From Lytechinus pictus (lineage: Eukaryota): DNA of 64,000 bases. Positions within the stretch are counted from its first letter, which is position 1; every line of letters begins with the position of its first letter. The notes beneath the pieces were generated by a model, which saw only the letters and a program-made list of their open reading frames with translations, did not search any database and had not been told where the DNA came from. Below, one piece after another: positions 13,552 to 26,279 of this stretch. Location of the stretch: contig NC_087245.1 in NCBI RefSeq assembly GCF_037042905.1, positions 37,264,001 to 37,328,000 of the forward strand, given 5' to 3'. The position numbers and the translations under genes are program-made.

Positions 13552-13899
13552 ATATTTCTGTAGTTATCCCTAGAATAATCATCAAAACAAAATCAGGAAT
13601 CTTCTTTGAAGTCAATATTAGCTAGATAAGTGTCTGTCGTTTGAATTTTGAGAAATAAACTAATTGTGCATTTATGGGGGAAGGGGAGGGGCATACCATA
13701 AAAGTCTGATTTTGAAAACTCAGGAAAGGTACCCATTTGTCGGATTTGGGGTTATTTATCATACCACTAACATATCCCTGTAATTTTAGTTTTCAACCAT
13801 CAAAAACTACCTTTTTTCTCCTGGTTCAACATGAATACAGCAATAAACTTGGCCACCCCCCTCCTCCATCCTACAGATATTGATAAATGATAATCATAC

Positions 13900-14004
13900 C
13901 TGACTTGGCCCTTGGTGTTCTTCAAAACCATGGCTGCATATGACTGACTGACACCAACAAGACTCTTGCCATCGACCTCGATGATCTGATCATTCACCTT
14001 GATC
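13900..14004 (-). CDS. PPP1R9A: Neurabin/spinophilin PDZ exon (105 bp, phase 2 to 2): [34 protein letters not shown](R)
   Basis: tag acceptor at 14005-14007 after a pyrimidine tract; gtatg donor starting 13899. Continues the PDZ domain in frame (AG|G = Arg). Confidence 0.96.
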
Positions 14005-14970
14005 CTATAAGAAAAAGAGAAAAAACGATACAATAATTACGAGATCAATTTTAAAGATCCACAGGGTCTAAAAACCCAGATATATCTGCAACCACCTTCA
14101 TGGGCAACTTAAGGTGTACCTGTATATAATGGAGCTTTTTGACAGACAACCATAGATGGATTGAACAATATCCTTGTATAGTTCAAACTTGCTATGCACT
14201 TATCCTACTTATTTTCCTCCCTTTCTGTAATTTGCTCTGAATTGCCTTTTGCATCTCATTACTTAAAGATAGAGAGTGTGCTATACAAATTGTATAATGA
14301 TAATAACAATTATTATCATAATCACATAACTGTAAAATGGAAACATGTACAGCAATAACAAATCATGTGAACTAAGACCACAAAACATTGACATTACAAG
14401 CATGTGTCAGTTTTACAAAAGTTTCTTTCAGGGAAAGAGAAAATGTGGCCATTATCAACATGCAGATACTAATGTAACAGGATAATTAATTTAGTTTGAA
14501 ACAAATTATTACCCATAATATGATGTCTGATACAAGTACACTCAATATTTCACAAGGGGAACATGACGCATGTAGAAACTTTAGCTCAAGATATATTCTT
14601 GATACCCTATTTAAATAAATATATTTATTTTATGAGTGATTTAGACAAATATGTTAATACTGTTAGGACCTGTTCAATTATGTAACTCCCTTTTAATTGC
14701 ATACCTACACTTCGGACCCTCTGTGTATATATATATATATTTTCAGGCTCTCTGATCATTGCCTGTATAGCTATCATTCAACTTTTCGGTTAAAATCCAG
14801 ATTCCATCCTGGGGAGCATCAAGAAAAGACTTGTTGGACGTTTTATCTGACAGTTACCATAGTAACAGTGCTTCTTATTCAATAAAAAATCAAGGAAATA
14901 ATCAGATCTGACAACTTGACAAATAAAAATGTTGATGAAATGCTCCCAAGGTAGATCCAACTCAGGCCAA

Positions 14971-15116
14971 GGGTCCGTTTCATAAAACTTGTTACAATAA
15001 CAAATTTGCAATAACAGTTAAAAGCTATTGAAATTCTTCCATCTGATTGGCTGGTGGTAAATTTGTTGTAGAAATTGTGCATTTGTTACTGTGACAAGTC
15101 TTTATGAAACGGGACA
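14971..15116. mobile_element. Harbinger-like MITE
   Basis: TIR gggtccgtttcataaa / tttatgaaacgggac; internal ctgattggct. Confidence 0.7.
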
Positions 15117-15761
15117 CAGGAGGGAGACTCTGCTTCCAATATCATTGTCTAGTTCCAAACACCAGAGGGAGCCATACTATATGGAAAATCCTTCTTGGAC
15201 GCCTCTCTTTATTTCATCAAGTCTGTTTTGAAGCACATATCGATTGAACCCAAGGCTATCTAACCTTGATGTTCCGTCACATTGTCAATCACGATAGGCC
15301 ACATTCTAATCTATTCTTTAACAACGTATCAAACTCCAGATGATAACTGCCTAGGGTATCTCCTTGTCTGTCACTGAAATTTGCAACCAGGAAATATCCT
15401 TTCTATGGTCTTTTTCAATTGATTAGTGCCTCAGCTATCAATGGCCCTTTAGTTTCCTTTTTTTACAATGGCATCCATGAAATGGGTAAAGAAACCCCCA
15501 AGTCATCAAAATATATAAAAAAATAAAAAATAAGAAAAAGCTATTCAAAACCTGTGGTGTGAAGGGACATATATGTGTGATGAGATTTAGATTAACTTTA
15601 TTTCACTTTAGATTAACTTTATTTAGATTAACTTTATTTCACAAGTTAATAAGTCAATAAATACAAATATACAAAATACAAATTTTCATGTATTTTACAC
15701 GTGTAACATAAAATAACGGAGTAACACACAAAAAAAGAAGCTCATCAAAATAGAGAGCCAT

Positions 15762-16845
15762 CAGTCAGACCGCAGGTTCCTATGCTAATGAGCAAAAAGG
15801 CCAGATTCATCCAAATCATCTCGTGGCTGAATCCTCCTCCTTGCAAAATCTCGTGATTCGTGAGATTTTCTTTCTCTAAGAATTTACCTGTTTTAACCTC
15901 AAGTTAAATGAAATATTATTGCACCATCAGATAGAGTAAAAGTTACTCTTTCATATTGGTCATTTATTTTGTATACAATATTTTGTTAAATAAGTAAATT
16001 TCTGGCCTGAAAATGTGCCTCAAAACTGAATTTTCTTCCTCTGTTTTCTTTTGCAAATTGTGCAAAACTTTTTATTTTGAGCCTCAATGATATTTATATC
16101 AACATAAAGCTGAACTTCTGTACTTTCTCACAATGCCACTCTTGATATGCAGCACCTTTTAATCGGGTCAAGATCACACTTTTCCCACCAAGGTACAAGA
16201 CGAGATTTCTGAAATTTTGTACTTGCATGAAATCCAGAGTTCTGATTGGCTGGATAAGATTCACAGAACAACAGGCGCGGGGTATTTGAGGAGATTACCA
16301 CATGGGAAGTGTGACCTTCCCACGAACCCAGGCACTGGAACCGTTGGAGTTTGCCAGTGTGCGGTCTCTTTGACCAATCAGAGTGCAGTATTCTTGTTTT
16401 CAAGCTGCTTTATGTACTTGGCAAATGAAAAGTGTGATCTTGACCCGATTAAACCAATTCTTATTTTGAAACCTATATCATTTCAAAGCATACATATTCA
16501 GCTTTATCATGATATAAAAATCATTTGGGCTCAAACAAAAATAAAGTGTGAAAATAGCAGCTTTTGTCAGGTGAAAATATTTATTTTGTAGCATATTTTA
16601 GATCAAAATTTTAACCTATATTACAAAATCTTTGAATAAATCCAAACACATGACCTGAAAGAATGATTCTTCTTCTTTACAATGGTACCAAATTCATGAA
16701 ATTCGATGCACAATTAGAGCAGCAATGACCGAATGAAAAGAGGTGTTTTGGTCCGCATCAAGCTCATCAAATATGCAAAACATCTCAAGTCATGAATATC
16801 ACTTGGATGAAAGAAGCCACTTTCTTGGGACCTGCAGTCTGACTG
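15762..16845. mobile_element. ~1.1-kb non-autonomous DNA transposon with 4-bp TSD (CCAT)
   Basis: TIR cagtcagaccgcaggt / acctgcagtctgactg; ccat at 15758-15761 and 16846-16849. Confidence 0.8.
16163..16448. mobile_element. MITE nested in the 15762-16845 element (TTAA or TA target)
   Basis: Perfect TIR tcgggtcaagatcacactttt; ttaa at 16159-16162 and 16449-16452. Confidence 0.8.
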
Positions 16846-19291
16846 CCATATAGCAGGAGATGTCAATAATGCAATCTGCAGAGACAAAAGAGACAGTACC
16901 TTACATATTTTTCTCACATTTATTTTAAAGAGATAAGATATGTTAGTCTACATGTATATAGTCATATCACACACTTCTTACTTATTTACATTATTTTTTT
17001 TAAATCCCCAAGATTCCTTACTCTTTAAAACTAAATAAATTTTCAAAGAATTTTTTTTTAAGGACAATGACTTTCAACCACCTTCATTGCTGTGGAAGCT
17101 ATCGGGAAGTAGAAATACGGCAATCAATATAACAATGTCAATAAACTCTAAGCGCCAGAGAGAAGAGACAAATGACAAATCACCCTCAAACCATTTGTAG
17201 GATCCTTTATACTTCCAACATCACTTTCATCAAATGAAATATACCCCAATCTCTTCTGACTGCTTCAAGGAAACTAACAGTGTTTCCACTCAAGTTTAAA
17301 AGTGTTTGACGTGACAATAATTGTAAGGAAACATTTAACACCATGTCAAATGTGAAAAAACTTGTATTTGATTACAATGATGTAATCGATAGTCATTTCA
17401 TTTACAGACTGGGGAAATTGTGGCAGATTTGTGGGTGTGTGTGCATGTGTAGATCCAAATCCGCTGTGAATAGCAGACAGCCGAATATTCGATTTAGATT
17501 TAAACTTTGAGGATTTAAATATATAGCTAAGATTTGAATTAAATCTTTTGAGGTTTAAAAGTTAATCCTTGAGATTTGGTTGGTCAACACTACCAGCCCA
17601 TCTGAATTAGTTTTAAATCCTTGAAATTTAGATAGTATACAAATTAAGCAGAGCCTCATTTATAGTTATGTTGCTGCAGGTACAAATATTTCAGGAATAT
17701 AATTTCAAAACTTATTTTGGGAAAATTTTATCAATTTGGAATAAAAATGTCTTGTGTCCCAACTTTAGAAAAAAATAATTTCTCTACAGGGTTAATTAAA
17801 TCTTGACAACAAGATGTTGCCAATTTTGTGTTCAATTATATATTTTTTTTAAACGGCTTTACCAGGGCCCTGTCCACAGAGGGTTATTCTATTGTTACTG
17901 GGGGTGCTGAGCATTGTAACAGCACCCCCAGTGACAATAGATGATCCTTTGTGGCCAGGTCCATGCGCTTTACAGATCCCCATGAAATTTTAATGTCTTC
18001 CATAACGGATCACAATATAATTACATTTCTATAGAGCAAAGCATGAACTTTCAGAAAATAACATACAACCCAAAAAAAGATTCATCTGCAGTTTCATTTT
18101 GATGTGAATTAGAAGTAACATACTGACTGTCAATCAATCCCTCACTTTTGATGAGTAGCAACAGGTTATTGATATATAGAAATTTAGATGATTAATGTCT
18201 GTATTGGGAATGGAGGTTGACATTGACAGAATACAATTTAAAACTTGAATGGACCAATTTAGAAAAGGTGGTTTTAAATCCTTGCTTTGAAATCATGGAT
18301 TATGCAGCTTCCATTCATTAATTGCGCTTAATTCAGGACATAAATTGAGAAAGCGTCCAAAAATAACACACGCTTTTATGATTATCACAGCATGCTAAAT
18401 TAAAAATTGATACTAAAGTTAGGGTATGAGTCAGCCCACTGTTTTGAATTACCGAGTCCACTGTTTTTATTCATTAATCAACATAAACAATGGACTCATT
18501 AATGCAGTGATTATTGTTTTCAAACTACAGACTCCAACCACTTATTTGTTGTTAAACCCATCCAGACATCAAACAACCGGGTATGTTTTCCCAATTCTGT
18601 CTTTGCACTCACAACAAATATTGAGGTTACTAAGGGTCGTTATTCTTTCATTTCATCTCTAGTTCGTCATCGTCGATTATGTACTGCGCACAGACCAATA
18701 CACCCTACGGCTAACTTATATAAAGCACACAAATCCATTTAATACGACACCCTCGCAAACACGGGCTCACAACTTGATACGACATCAGAGGATCTTAGTC
18801 AGTAGAATTAACCTTGACGAGACGTCTCTACATCCCAAACTGGGGGTGTACCCCTGCCTCGCCCCTCATGATGCCTAGGGGGGCTTGTGGGTACCCGCAT
18901 AGGGGGTGCAAAATGTTCCTAATGTAATCTAGATGAGGGCATTGGAGGGTCATGAACTTGTTACCATGCTGAGGATCAAATAGCCGTAACTGCCAAGGAT
19001 GTTTCATGAAGCCGTTTGCCAAATTACTCATAACTGTAACCGACTCTTTTAGTATCAAGCCACGAGAGGTTTTCAAGTGTTTTCGCAATCGCATTAGCCA
19101 ATATTGAAACATGAAATTTATTTTTTTTAATGTTTTTTTCTTTTATTTTACAATGTGAAACATATCTCAAATCCTCTGAAACTGTCATAATGAAAGCAGT
19201 GGAATACTGCATTACATTCCATGTTGACTACTTTGCTGTCCAGTTGAATAGTGTTCTACAGATACAACACAATTGTAAGTTTAAATATTAA

Positions 19292-19874
19292 AGGAGAATG
19301 AAACCCTTGAAACCAGCTGAATCCATATCAAAGAGAAAAATCAAAGAAACATATTGTTGAAAGTTTGAGGAAGATTGAATGAATAATAAGAAAGTTATGA
19401 GCATTCGAATATTGAGATCACTAGTGCCATGTAGATCCTCCCAACGGCAATGCGACCAAGATCTGTGATATCACACACGTACAACTCCCTCATTACTTTA
19501 GTACTTATTTAACTTATATTCTCACTTTTATAGAGTCTATCACAAGGTGAGGTGTTCTCTTTATGAGATGACAAGTACAGAGGTTTCACAACATTATATC
19601 ATTGATGAATCGTTTGTCATATGATTAGAATGAGCAAAAAGAGATGTTTTGGGGTATATTTTCAGTGTCCAAATGGGAGAGTTGTACGTGTGTGACATCA
19701 CAGATCTTGGTCGCATTGCCAATGGGAGGATCTCCATAGCATTAGTGATCTCGACATTCAAATGCTCATAACTCTTTTATTGCTAGTCCTATTTTTCTCA
19801 AAGTTTTGTTGATCTTATTCTTTGATTTTTCTGCTTTCACAAAAGCTAACTTGCTCCAAGAGTTTCATTCTCCT
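19292..19874. mobile_element. Kolobok-like (TTAA TSD, AGG..CCT) MITE with long inverted arms
   Basis: ttaa|aggagaatgaaac ... gtttcattctcct|ttaa; arms include gatcctccca..ggcaatgcgaccaagatctgtgat and its reverse complement. Confidence 0.9.
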
Positions 19875-19904
19875 TTAAGTAATTCTGTAATTCACAAGTC
19901 TATT

Positions 19905-20000
19905 TTCTTTGTTTGTAGTATGTGTACTTTGTATCCTTTATTGTAAAGCGCGTAGAGAAACTTTCAGTTTATTATGCGCTATATAAGTATTATTATTATT
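19905..20000 (+). mobile_element. L2-type LINE/SINE 3' tail
   Basis: tgtaaagcgc..gcgctatataagtattattattatt. Confidence 0.6.
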
Positions 20001-20216
20001 ATCGTTTTCGAACTTAAATCACCTTAATTGCACCTGTCATGTATCAGGGCACATGTAAAAGAAGATATAGCCTTTTCAACAGCCCGAGGGTGGAAACACC
20101 AATTACTAGCAATCGACTGAACATACAACCTTTTTGCATTAAAACATTTAAGTTGAACTCAGAAGTATGCCACACCATGGGAACATACAAACACCAGTAT
20201 TGCTCTTTCTCATTAA

Positions 20217-20816
20217 AGGGATGCTCCGGGCTGAGAATATTTATATCTGAATAAATAGAGTAAAATTCACAGAGCAAACTGCTGAAAAGTTCATCAAAAT
20301 CAGATAGCAACTAACAAAGTTATTGAATTTTAAAGTTTAGCTATATTTTGTGAAAACAGTTATATGCACGTCGTCATGAATGTTCATTAGGTGGGCTGAT
20401 GATGTCACATCCCCACTTTCCTTTTTCTTATGTTATTACATGAAATCATACTTGTTTCGTTTTTTCATGCATGTGTAAATTATGTATCTCCATTATGATG
20501 AAATAAGTTTGCAGCAAGAAAGAACTAATGCACTTAATCATCAATTGTTTTAGTTCTTTGTAGAATTTTTTTTAATAAACCTAATTTCATATAATAAAAC
20601 AAAAAACAAAAAACAAGTGGGGATATGACATCATCAGCCTACTTAATGAATATTCATGAAGACATGACTAGAACTTTTTCACCGGAATAATGCAAATCTT
20701 CAAAATTCAATAAATTTGTTATTTGTTATCCGCTTTTGATCAAATTTTCAGCATTTTGCTCTGTGAATTTTACTCTATTTATTGAAGTATAAATATCTTC
20801 AGCCTAGAGCATCCCT
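20217..20816. mobile_element. Kolobok-like MITE (TTAA TSD)
   Basis: ttaa|agggatgctc ... gagcatccct|ttaa; long imperfect inverted arms. Confidence 0.9.
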
Positions 20817-21439
20817 TTAAAAATATGGATATCTGACTGCCAAGATACACTTTGTTGGGTTTCTCACCAGTTGTGTGAAATACAACAGCTGTTGGGAATA
20901 ACATTCACTCCCAATGCTTGTCCTGTAATCAGGAAAAGTGTTGAAGAATGTTATGGGATTCACTGCATTAAATTGCGTAAGGAGACGGGGGATGACAGGC
21001 ATGAAGTTCATTTGATTTATGACACTGGAATAAAGATCTAAAATCTAACTCCCTCCTCATACCTTGCCTTTCTAATATTATACTGAATTTCATCCACTCC
21101 CAAAGCTACATAAAGTCCCTAGTATCAGTACGTTTCTCCACAGATTCGATAGATGATAGAATGAAGAAAAAAAAGATTGATCATTTATAAATGCTAATGA
21201 AAGCATTCGTTCCCACAGGGGAATCAGGAGGCCTAAAAGATTAACAGCGCAATTTCAAGTTGGTTGAGAGAAGTTATTTGACGATAAATTTCTAAAATCA
21301 AATGGTAAATTCTTTTATGAATGACTTGTTCTCATATGAATGACTTAAACGCATTTATAATGATATAAAGTTCTTGTATGAATTTCATCACATCATATGG
21401 TATAACGTCTCGATAAACTTCCAAAAGAATTGGATGTTA

Positions 21440-21620
21440 CCACCCTGGCTTTTGCCCGGCAGCAAGCATGGCAAGGAACCGCCAGGTCTAATTCAACCTC
21501 TCTGGGTCAAGAGCAGCAGTGTGGACAATTACCTAACTGAAGGAAATCAATGCTAGGGCTGGGATTTGAACCCATGAATCTCTGAATCACAGGTGATTGG
21601 CAAGACCATGAGACCACCAA
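21440..21620 (-). mobile_element. tRNA-derived SINE family 1, degenerate
   Basis: ccctggcttt, ctgaagga and gggatttgaaccc motifs are colinear with the other copies. Confidence 0.6.
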
Positions 21621-21636
21621 ACTCAAAGGACTCTTT

Positions 21637-22085
21637 AACACCGTTCTCACTACCATCCTAAAACTAGTTTGGTGGAAACTAGTTTAAACGTGTAATAAGA
21701 ACGGTTGAAGTGGTCTTGGAAGCGATCTCCCCAACCGGGTTCAGAAACCTACCTCGCGATGTAGTTTTGAAGATCGCTTTGCCTCGTTAAACTGGTTTTA
21801 GCATAAGGACACAACCGTTCTTCGGGAAGCGATCTTCGCACATTTCGAGCGCACTACTCCATAAACAGTGTGTGTAGAATTTCTACGCTGCGGTTTCGAA
21901 TTTCGCGTAAAACATGTCACCCCACCAAGAGCATTACCATAGCAACAAGACCACTTTACGTGAAGCGTTTTTGAAAATCACTTTTGGCTGATCAAATGGG
22001 AACGCTAGCAAAGCAATCTTCCAAACTGGTGTCTTTAACCGGGTTCTTCTAAACTAGTTTTAGAAAGTAAAATGAGAACGTTGTC
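21637..22085. mobile_element. ~450-bp MITE (TIR gacaccgttctca), copy 1
   Basis: Homologous over its length to 43999-44462 and, inverted, to 60739-61182; ttt on both flanks. Confidence 0.9.
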
Positions 22086-22877
22086 TTTATCTTCATTTGT
22101 CCTTTCTTTTTCTCATGTCGATCTCCAGTGATATTATATACCCTGGGGTTGTTCTTCTCCTTCTTTGAGTACAAAAATACACAACATCATTCCTTTTTTA
22201 AAATACTTACAGTATCGTCGAACTATTGTCCGGCAGGTGCAACAGACCACATGAACACCCTTCTCTTTTATACACAATTTTTAACATGCACATGTTGCGA
22301 CACTGCTATATATGGGACCAACATTTGCATCTTTTCCGATAGATTGACATTGTTTTTACAATAATTTTTGAAATCTTTGTTGTGCTTTTTTAAAGTTATA
22401 CTGCTTCTGGTAGAAGATAATTTTAGAGTGTTTTTTTTTTTGGCATTAGAATTTAGGAGTGAAAAAAGGCATGAATAAAAACACATTTCCCTTTCGTACC
22501 GTGAGCCATGCATCTGGGCAAAAAAAAATTGTGATATTTTAAGGTAACTGAAGTTGGGTAACAATGGACGGGTCAGCTGATGAAGGGTCCGGTGTTTCAC
22601 TAATAAATCAACCTGATAAAAGTAGCAACTTGATAAGGATGGGAGCACGTCAAACTCTTTGTAGACTGTATCTAATTTCTTGAGTGAGCAGGGATTACTT
22701 GATTCAAGCTAATGGAATATTTTCTTTACGCAAGCCGATCGGTTTATATATTTTGAGCTAAGAGGCGACTTAGTCTAATGGACAAACAACTTTGACCTTC
22801 TTTTCTGTATTCCTCAAACCTTCACCCAAACTTTCACATTGATATTTCCCTTGCAGTATTCCCTATGACTTTACCGA

Positions 22878-23796
22878 GGGTGCATTTATGCGCCACTTTC
22901 TTACCTTCTTTCTTTCCCTAGAATCATGATTTGAAACACATTTCGAAAGTTAAAGTAACAAGTTTCAAATCACAAATGTGAAACACATAAAAGGGAGTGT
23001 TTGGAAAGACGTTTCTGCAGAATCACGTTCGAAAAAGGTCAAATAAACGCAGCAGTGATTTGAATCGTGATTCTATGACGTCATTGTGTCGACCTAATTC
23101 CGTGTTCATGCCATAATGCGCGATGTCAGTGGTTTGTTTCACACAGTAGGCGTACACATGAAGTGTAAATCCATGTTGTGTATTTTTTTGCAATTAAAGG
23201 TAAATTCCAGTTGTGGGAACGATCTCAAAATGACTTTTTACAGAATTTAATATAATGATCACCAAAGTGTCTGTTTGTATGAATAAAAAATATGTGCCAA
23301 AGGATTCTGGAAGAAATTGTGTAATTGCTGAGAAATAAGCAAAATAAGCGCGGATTCGGTCACTTCCGTCGGGTCTTTATTCCAGCAATAATAATACACT
23401 GTCCCACGTGTGCCTATCTGTGTTGGCGATCTTCAGTGTGATCGTTTTTTAGCTGGATATTATGATTTCACAAAGTTCAGTTTATGTAACTGTACCAGAT
23501 CTAGAACCACGATGATATATCAATACTTTACCTTGGTTTTACAGACTTTCTCACGAAATCAGTGTTTTACTGCAACTACGTTCATTTAGCTTTAAACCCG
23601 CATGGACGTTGACCAGTAATTCCTGGGTTGAATTGCGCAGTAAGATGCGCACTGGCTAGGCCAGAAGTGAGGGGAAAACGGCATTAGAGAGAGGGTCGAT
23701 TGAACCCTGATTCTGCAGTTACTGTGATTTATGTTTGTGTTTGAATCACGATTCATGTTTGGGATTCTAGCATCTGAGGTCGCATGAACAAAGCCC
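22878..23796. mobile_element. Decayed TIR element hosting the 23198-23591 insertion
   Basis: Imperfect inverted ends (agggtgcatttatgcg / cgcatgaacaaagccct) and repeated gaatcacg/cgtgattc subterminal motifs. Confidence 0.5.
23198..23591. mobile_element. Kolobok-like MITE (TTAA TSD); same family as 39426-39821
   Basis: ttaa|aggtaaat ... atttagct|ttaa; long near-identical blocks shared with the second copy. Confidence 0.9.
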
Positions 23797-24269
23797 TATA
23801 CTATCTGCATCCCCAATACTTTCTTCCAAGCCAATAAATATGCCTCATTTACTAATCCCAGAGCAATAGTTTTGACTGTACTACCGGTTATATTGCCCCC
23901 CTGAGATAATGTGTCTGGGAAGATTAAGTTCAAATTACATTCATCTGGTATCATTTGAAATACAATAAGCAAATAATTACACTGGCGACATTGATGGGAT
24001 GAGCTATCTTTTTCGAGGCAATTAGAATGTACATTAGGTATCTTTAGGAAGAGAAGCTGGATTCTCATTTCTGGTGTTATTATACCAATTTTATCACGTG
24101 ATTTTATGAGGCATGAATGAAGATTGGAAGACGTGGAGCAGAGGGTTTTTCATACCTGTTTTGTAAATTCTTTGTTAATACAGTTTAGGCCGTATATCTC
24201 GAGTAAAATACAAAAACAAAGATTTTTTGAGGCAAAAAGCTTTGGGTTCTATGATAGAGTGGGCAGGAG

Positions 24270-24702
24270 GGTTCCAGGACAATTGCTCCGGCGACAATTG
24301 CTCCGATAGAATATCGGCACATTAACTTGCCAAACCTAAAACTTAACCTCCAAAACTTCATAAACCCTAATCCTTACCCTTACATTATTTTTGAGCCAAA
24401 AGCTCTTTTAGGGCAATTCCATAAAATGATCAACCTTTTTGTACGTCCGACCCCCATTCTTCTCAAGTCTTACTTCACTTAATGAACTGACGAGATCATG
24501 GTCCTTTGAGAACATTACAGACTGTCATAAAAGCAGAAATCAGAGACAGAAAGTTTCATAAAGGTCCCTCAGATAGGGGGGTCGGACGTACATATTTTGT
24601 GGAATTGCCCTTTACAATCCTAACTCTAACCCTATGCCCTCTTGAGACATCAAGACCAGCGCAATTGTCGCAATTGTCTCAGTACTGAGCAAACGTGTCA
24701 CC
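24270..24702. mobile_element. 8-bp-TSD MITE (reverse orientation) containing a nested MITE
   Basis: ggttcc..gtgtcacc termini; flanks ggcaggag / gacaggag; aaccct core. Confidence 0.8.
24411..24610. mobile_element. Nested MITE
   Basis: TIR gggcaattccataaaat / attttgtggaattgccc plus inner tgtacgtccgacccc / ggggtcggacgtaca; ttta on both flanks. Confidence 0.85.
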
Positions 24703-25348
24703 GACAGGAGATGTAGGTCAGTTATACCAAGGACAAACCAATAAAGGTGGAAGGCCATTCACATTATAAACAGACTTTCATCAAACCATAATGAGAAAAT
24801 ATGGAAGGAGTCGCCAGGTTAGTGACTAGGGGTCAAAGTTTTATAAGCAAATTGCTAGACTTGTAGGGCTAAGATGCAATTTGTATTTGATGCATGGCAA
24901 TGAAAGGTGAAAAAAACAAGTACTTTGCTCGTGGACAATATGAAAGCAATTCATACTGGATCCTTCTTCATGCAGAGTTTTGATGTAACAAGAAATATTG
25001 CCAAAATAAAAATAGCATTTTGAAATATGCTATCTTAGCAATATAGATGCTCTGTTCGGTAGGAAAATGCTACCCAAAAAATCATCCCTTTGTACCAAGA
25101 CACTCACAACTATAATCTAAAGGAAAATCAGCATTTTTCTATTCTTATATGGCCCCCTTATGATCGATTTGTTCAGGGTTTCTCAGTTTCAATTGAAATA
25201 TTAAGGTGAACTGACGCACAGGCAGGCATTATTGCACAACTGTCATGTGCTTTCAGACCAACTCAATCATCAAAATACCCATTGATTTAAGATATACTTA
25301 CTCAGGCCTTAAAATACCAGATTAATTCTCTGCATTCATAGACATCTG

Positions 25349-25617
25349 AGCCCCGTCTTACAAAGAGTTACAATTGATCTGATCAATCATAACTCTATGG
25401 ATATCCATCAATGTCATAATTTTTTCTTCGAAAATTTGCACAATGTCCTTTGTATGCAAAGAGAAGCACAGTGAATTTTCAAGAAAACAATGAATGCATG
25501 AATATACATCATAGCTACAGATTATTTTGAACAAACATGCATAATGGATGTTGATGTTGCTGGCCGTCCATAGTTACAATTGATCAGATCAATCGTAACT
25601 CTTTGTACGACAGGGCC
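25349..25617. mobile_element. Harbinger-like MITE (CTG TSD); same family as 36069-36342
   Basis: TIR gccccgtcttacaaagagtta; ctg at 25346-25348 and 25618-25620. Confidence 0.88.
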
Positions 25618-25971
25618 CTGAACCAGACCCTTATGAGAGTGATTTCTCCAACCTATTGACAGTGTGCACAATATGAATTCTTTCTTTCTCTTTATATAGC
25701 TAGCGATTCAAGGGCCCTATTGTGCCCGGGGGGGGGGGGGGAGGGGGGGGGGGCCCAATGTAACCACTGGGATTAGATAGAAGCACCCACTGGGAGAGAT
25801 AGTACGTACTTGCAATTTGCTTTCACACCGCAAGATTTACCGCAACCAGGGAAAAATCCAACAAAATTTCTCATTTATTAAAAAAACAACTACTAAATAA
25901 TTAACAATAAGAGCCTATTATTTTTAAAGGGATAATACAGTAATTTTTCCCTCACACAGGAAAAATACAAA

Positions 25972-26279
25972 GGCCCGTATTCTGAAGTCAGGTTTAACTT
26001 AGACCATGGTCTAAATCTGTGCTAAAATTATGGGAAGCCAAAAGTGTCAAGATTTTTATTAAGTTGTATGTTTCTTATGTTTACTGTGCTCTTTCCTGAT
26101 TCATTGATGGTGCAGACAATAATCTATTTGTACTTCCTACACAATTATGAATGATTTGAGAGCCAAATGAGCTGAAATATATCTCTACTGTTAGTGATTT
26201 ATGTAACAATTGGCTATCCATACTTGAACCACAACTTTACACCTGAGTTTAAGTTAAACCCGACTTCAGAATACGGGCC
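25972..26279. mobile_element. Harbinger-like MITE
   Basis: TIR ggcccgtattctgaagtc(a/g)ggtttaactta; aaa on both flanks. Confidence 0.85.

Noticed and set aside
1..13899. Next neurabin exon (F.IGRE...)
   Set aside because: A manual scan found no matching frame with an acceptor; probably outside the window.
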